A DNA stretch of 64,000 nt from Zygnema circumcarinatum SAG 698-1b (lineage: Eukaryota; Plantae; Zygnematophyceae): assembly GCA_037447605.1 (NCBI GenBank), contig CM074805.1:2079361-2143360 (forward strand), read 5' to 3'. The first letter of the stretch is position 1; each line of letters opens with the position of its first letter. Both the position numbers and the translations under genes were made by a program. Shown here one piece after another: positions 63,547 to 64,000 of this stretch. Below the pieces are notes generated by a model. It was given only the letters and a program-made list of their open reading frames with translations. It made no database searches and was not told the DNA's origin.

Positions 63547-64000
63547 ATCGCACGTGTGTAACTTCCTTAAATGAGCAGCCACAGAGCCGCCGCCTGCCGT
63601 ACGGTCACGCTGGCTTCACGTGGGCGCGCGCTTGGCTTGTACGAATAGTTTGTCGGTTTGTTTGCCTTCGTACAACGCCGCCTGGGAGACAGGTGGCCGC
63701 CGCGTGAACGAAGGAGACGACAAACATTGACACGTGCGGCGTCAGACCATACGAGCGGACGACTTTCCGTACATAGGTGCTTGTACGGCAACGTGATGGA
63801 CTGTAGTAAATTATCGACACAGCATGCTCATGCGTGCGGCCGGGCTGGCGGGCACGGCCGGGCTGGCGGGCATGGCCGCATGAGGGCATGCTCCGAGGTC
63901 ACCATGACCAGTTCCGCGCCTCGAAAAGGGGCGCGGCGACAGACAGCCAAGACAGACAGACAGGCAGACAGGCAGACAGACACACAGACAGAGACAGACA

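Overview
Gene-dense, intron-rich eukaryotic nuclear DNA, most consistent with a streptophyte green alga (inference from land-plant-type families such as CIP7, PIA2, SERINC and PMDH alongside genes land plants lack). Eleven protein-coding genes can be reconstructed by hand from splice sites and recognisable motifs: CIP7-like (-, runs off the left edge), MOB1 (-), a MoCo-sulfurase-like PLP enzyme (+), SERINC (+), an intronless GT-B-like glycosyltransferase (+), propionyl-CoA carboxylase alpha (+), an intronless F-box/LRR gene (-), peroxisomal malate dehydrogenase (-), a two-domain DJ-1 (+), a PIA2-like ankyrin protein (+) and a 98-aa small membrane protein (-). There is also a possible cryptic minus-strand gene built of symmetric small exons, with an in-frame UGA at one acceptor. 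Intergenic and intronic space holds a hAT-type MITE with a perfect 8-bp TSD, Tc1/mariner-type MITEs, two unnamed dispersed repeat families, a 1.5-kb GA tract, a (CCCATG)28 array, an intronic (TTAGGG)9 array and a pre-miRNA-like hairpin inside a PCCA intron. No rRNA, tRNA or CRISPR array was seen. Most long ORFs in the supplied track are artefacts of GC-rich promoters or microsatellites. All homology calls are from motif recognition, not database searches.
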